Below are positions 61,128 to 64,000 of a stretch of 64,000 bases of DNA, piece after piece (positions within the stretch are counted from its first letter, which is position 1; each line of letters starts with the position of its first letter). A model generated the notes under the pieces. The model was not told the origin of the DNA. It was given only the letters and a program-made list of their open reading frames with translations, and did not search any database. Source of the DNA: Guillardia theta CCMP2712. Lineage: Eukaryota > Protista > Cryptophyta. The stretch covers positions 414,711 to 478,710 of the forward strand of contig NW_005434670.1 of the NCBI RefSeq assembly GCF_000315625.1, written 5' to 3'. Position numbers and translations under genes: made by a program.

Positions 61128-62790
61128 TCACCACTTGATGGAGGGGACCCTCTCAGTCTGAGTAACAACAAGTCAATGGGAACACAGGGAGGAAAGGGAA
61201 AGATTGGCGAAGGCAGGAGGAGGGTAGAGGGACAAGCAATCATTCTCTCACCCTGCGAGTTGTAGCAGGTCGCTCCATGAAAGGAACTTGAAGGTCGATC
61301 ACCATCCATTCTCCCTGCTTCACTCGTCGCGCCACCGTCACCTGCTCACGCTCACTGCTCGCCTTCGTCCTCCTCCCCCTTACCGTGAACATTTTGTCGG
61401 ATGGAGGGTGCGATGAAATGCATCGATAGATGTCGTCGATATTCTCAACAACCTGCAAGACATTCCCTTACTCCTCGGTTCCTCCTCCCCCTCCCCCTCC
61501 TCTCCCTCCCCCTCCTCCCCCTCTCCCTCTCCCTCTCCCTCCCCCTCCCCCTCCCCCTCCTCTCCCTCCTCAGCCCGTTCGCCTTCTCCCACCTTTCCGT
61601 TGACAGCCGTCACCAAGTCGTTCACTTGAACACCTCCTCGCCATCCGGGGCCATCAGGTTCCAGGCCCCTCACGTGCACGACACTTTTGCTCTTGTGAAG
61701 CACTTCAGGGAGAGCTCGACGGAACTCTGGGCTGATGACGACCACCTGGAGCACTCTCTTATTTCGCTCTCGCCCCTACCCTCTCTTGCTCCTCCACCCC
61801 CCCCCCTTGCTCCCTCCCCCCTCCTTGCTCCCACTCTTCCCCATACGTGCTCCCCTTCCCCTAGTCTTGTTCCCCCTCCTCTCTCTCGCCAACCTGGCAG
61901 TAGAGGCCGAGCCAAGCTCGTCTCACTCTGCGATGCGACAGGATCTCCTGCAGGACCCACTTGGCGGTGTTGATGGGGACGCTGAAACTGAGGCCCTGAG
62001 CCCCAGCAATGATGGCTGTATTGATTCCAATGATTTTCCCGCTGCTGCTCACCAATGGACCTCCGGAGTTCCCGGGGTTAAGAGGAACGTTGGTCTGGAT
62101 GACGTCCTCGATGATGTTCCCTGCCACCCCTCGGATGCTACGCCCGAGAGCAGAGACGACGCCCGTCGAGACCGACGAGGCGAAGCCGAGCGGGTTTCCG
62201 ATGGCGATGGCGAGCTGCCCGACCTTGAGGAGCGCAGAGTCTCCGAGTTGTGAGAAGGGAACAGCCGAGTGGAAGTTGTTGGCCTGACACACCGCCAGGT
62301 CAGTCTGCGGATCCGTCCCGATCACTGTCGCTGTCATGCTCCGCCCGTCGGTCATAGTGATCTGAACGCTGCCAGCATCCCCCACCACGTGCGCGTTGCT
62401 CAGGAGGTAGCCGTCAGGGGCGAAGAAGACCCCGGAGCCCGAGCTCTCTCCTCGCTCTGATTGAACCCCGATCGACACCACAGACGGGCCGACAGAGTCA
62501 ACCACCTGCCAAAACACACATCATCTTACTCCACCACCTCCTCCTTCTCCTTCTCCTTCTCCTCCTCCTCTACTTCACCGATATGATGGCACGAGAGTAG
62601 GCATCCAGAATCTCTGATTCATGCTCCTCGCCGCTAGATGTCGACGACCGGAGAGTAGCAGTCGTCATGAAGCTTCTTCTTGGCGGGAAATAGACGCGGG
62701 GGGATGGCGCAAACGACCTCGACGCCACCTGCTTGCCGGTTTGAATGGCAGGGCCGATGACCCTGGAAGCGGCGGCGAACAACCACCTGG
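61128..62790 (-). CDS. htrA: HtrA/DegP trypsin-like serine protease with one PDZ domain, probable mitochondrial presequence (first exon not located)
   Basis: GSGVFF...LSNAHVV (His), TDLAV (Asp), LNPGNSGGPL (Ser); PDZ GPGWRGGVQVNDLVTAVNG. Confidence 0.92.
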
Positions 62791-63226
62791 AGGGTGAAGG
62801 GTCAGAAGCAAGAAAAGATCAGATGTGTCATGAGCTACAGCAGACTGATCTACAATGTCAAGAACGATGACAGGACAGGGAGAATTAACATGATACAGAG
62901 GGGCAAAGCAGGAATCAGCGAAAGCAGAGCTAGGTAGACGGGTGAGTCAGCTTGGGGGGACAGAATGGATAAACGAGCTAATGTACCTTATGTACTCAAA
63001 AACTCAAAAACACCAAGCCAGGAAGCAGAACGAGCGGAGGACAGGAAAGAGCAGGTGCAGGAACAATAATAGAGGTAGCAGTGGCGTAGCACTGCGGAAG
63101 GGAAAAAGGAAGAGGGGTAGGTATAGCAGAAGTTTCAGTAGTAGCAGTAGGAAGAAGAGGGACAGCAGTCAAGAGCAACGGATGACGCTCGACCAATGAT
63201 GAATGCTGTGGAAATAGCGATAATAG

Positions 63227-63736
<510 letters not shown>

Positions 63737-64000
63737 CCGGCATTTCTTGTCCGCAAAGTGACGTGACTCGGGCTTGTTGCAGTTCTTGCAAAGATCCTCC
63801 TCGGCACTGCCAGGCATCCCCGGTCGCGTCCACACAGCAGAGGCCTCTTGACCGTGCCTCGAGCTCGTGAACTCCTCCTCCTCCTCCTCCTCCTGTGCAA
63901 GCTCAGTGCTAACATCTCCTTCTTCCTTTCCCTCCGCTCTTTTCTCCTGCAATTCCTTCTTGCCCTTCCTGTCCTCTCTTTCTGCCCCCCTCTTTTCCCA
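63737..64000 (-). CDS. Partial exon of a gene extending beyond the window; CxxC...H motif
   Basis: Acidic stretch, then DLCKNCNKPESRHFADKKCR followed by a GT that starts the microsatellite. Confidence 0.4.

Overview
Gene-dense eukaryotic nuclear DNA from an alga with a complex red-type plastid, most likely a cryptophyte such as Guillardia theta (inference). The evidence is many ~45-55 nt GT-AG introns with CTGAC/CTGAT branch points, signal peptide + 'A|F' bipartite plastid presequences, abundant microsatellites and a 100-N scaffold gap. The first ~2.9 kb is a scrambled nest of CRE-clade (RLE-type) non-LTR retrotransposon fragments. About 25 mostly spliced genes follow. Recognisable ones are: plastid RimP with a long repeat extension, an HTH/AT-hook protein, inositol polyphosphate 5-phosphatase, a GRIP golgin, a 4-BRCT protein, a compact NO VEIN/DUF3883 protein, an LRR protein, FBPase, a Sel1-repeat protein, an EF-hand/IQ protein, Rab GDI, a stand-alone GCN1 HEAT module, a mitochondrial PPR-like protein, CtpA and an HtrA protease. 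The most notable observations are: (1) palindrome-rich GC islands, one of which aligns to the retroelement with short GC-rich insertions added, suggesting an insertion-biased mutational process; (2) a 62-aa microprotein whose first coding exon is only ATG, absent from the ORF track; (3) recurrent clustered promoter motifs (GTAACNG, GAGAT, GGGTAGGG); (4) a ubiquitin-like LRGG motif in a bipartite presequence. Exon boundaries were read by eye and family assignments come from remembered motifs, not database searches.
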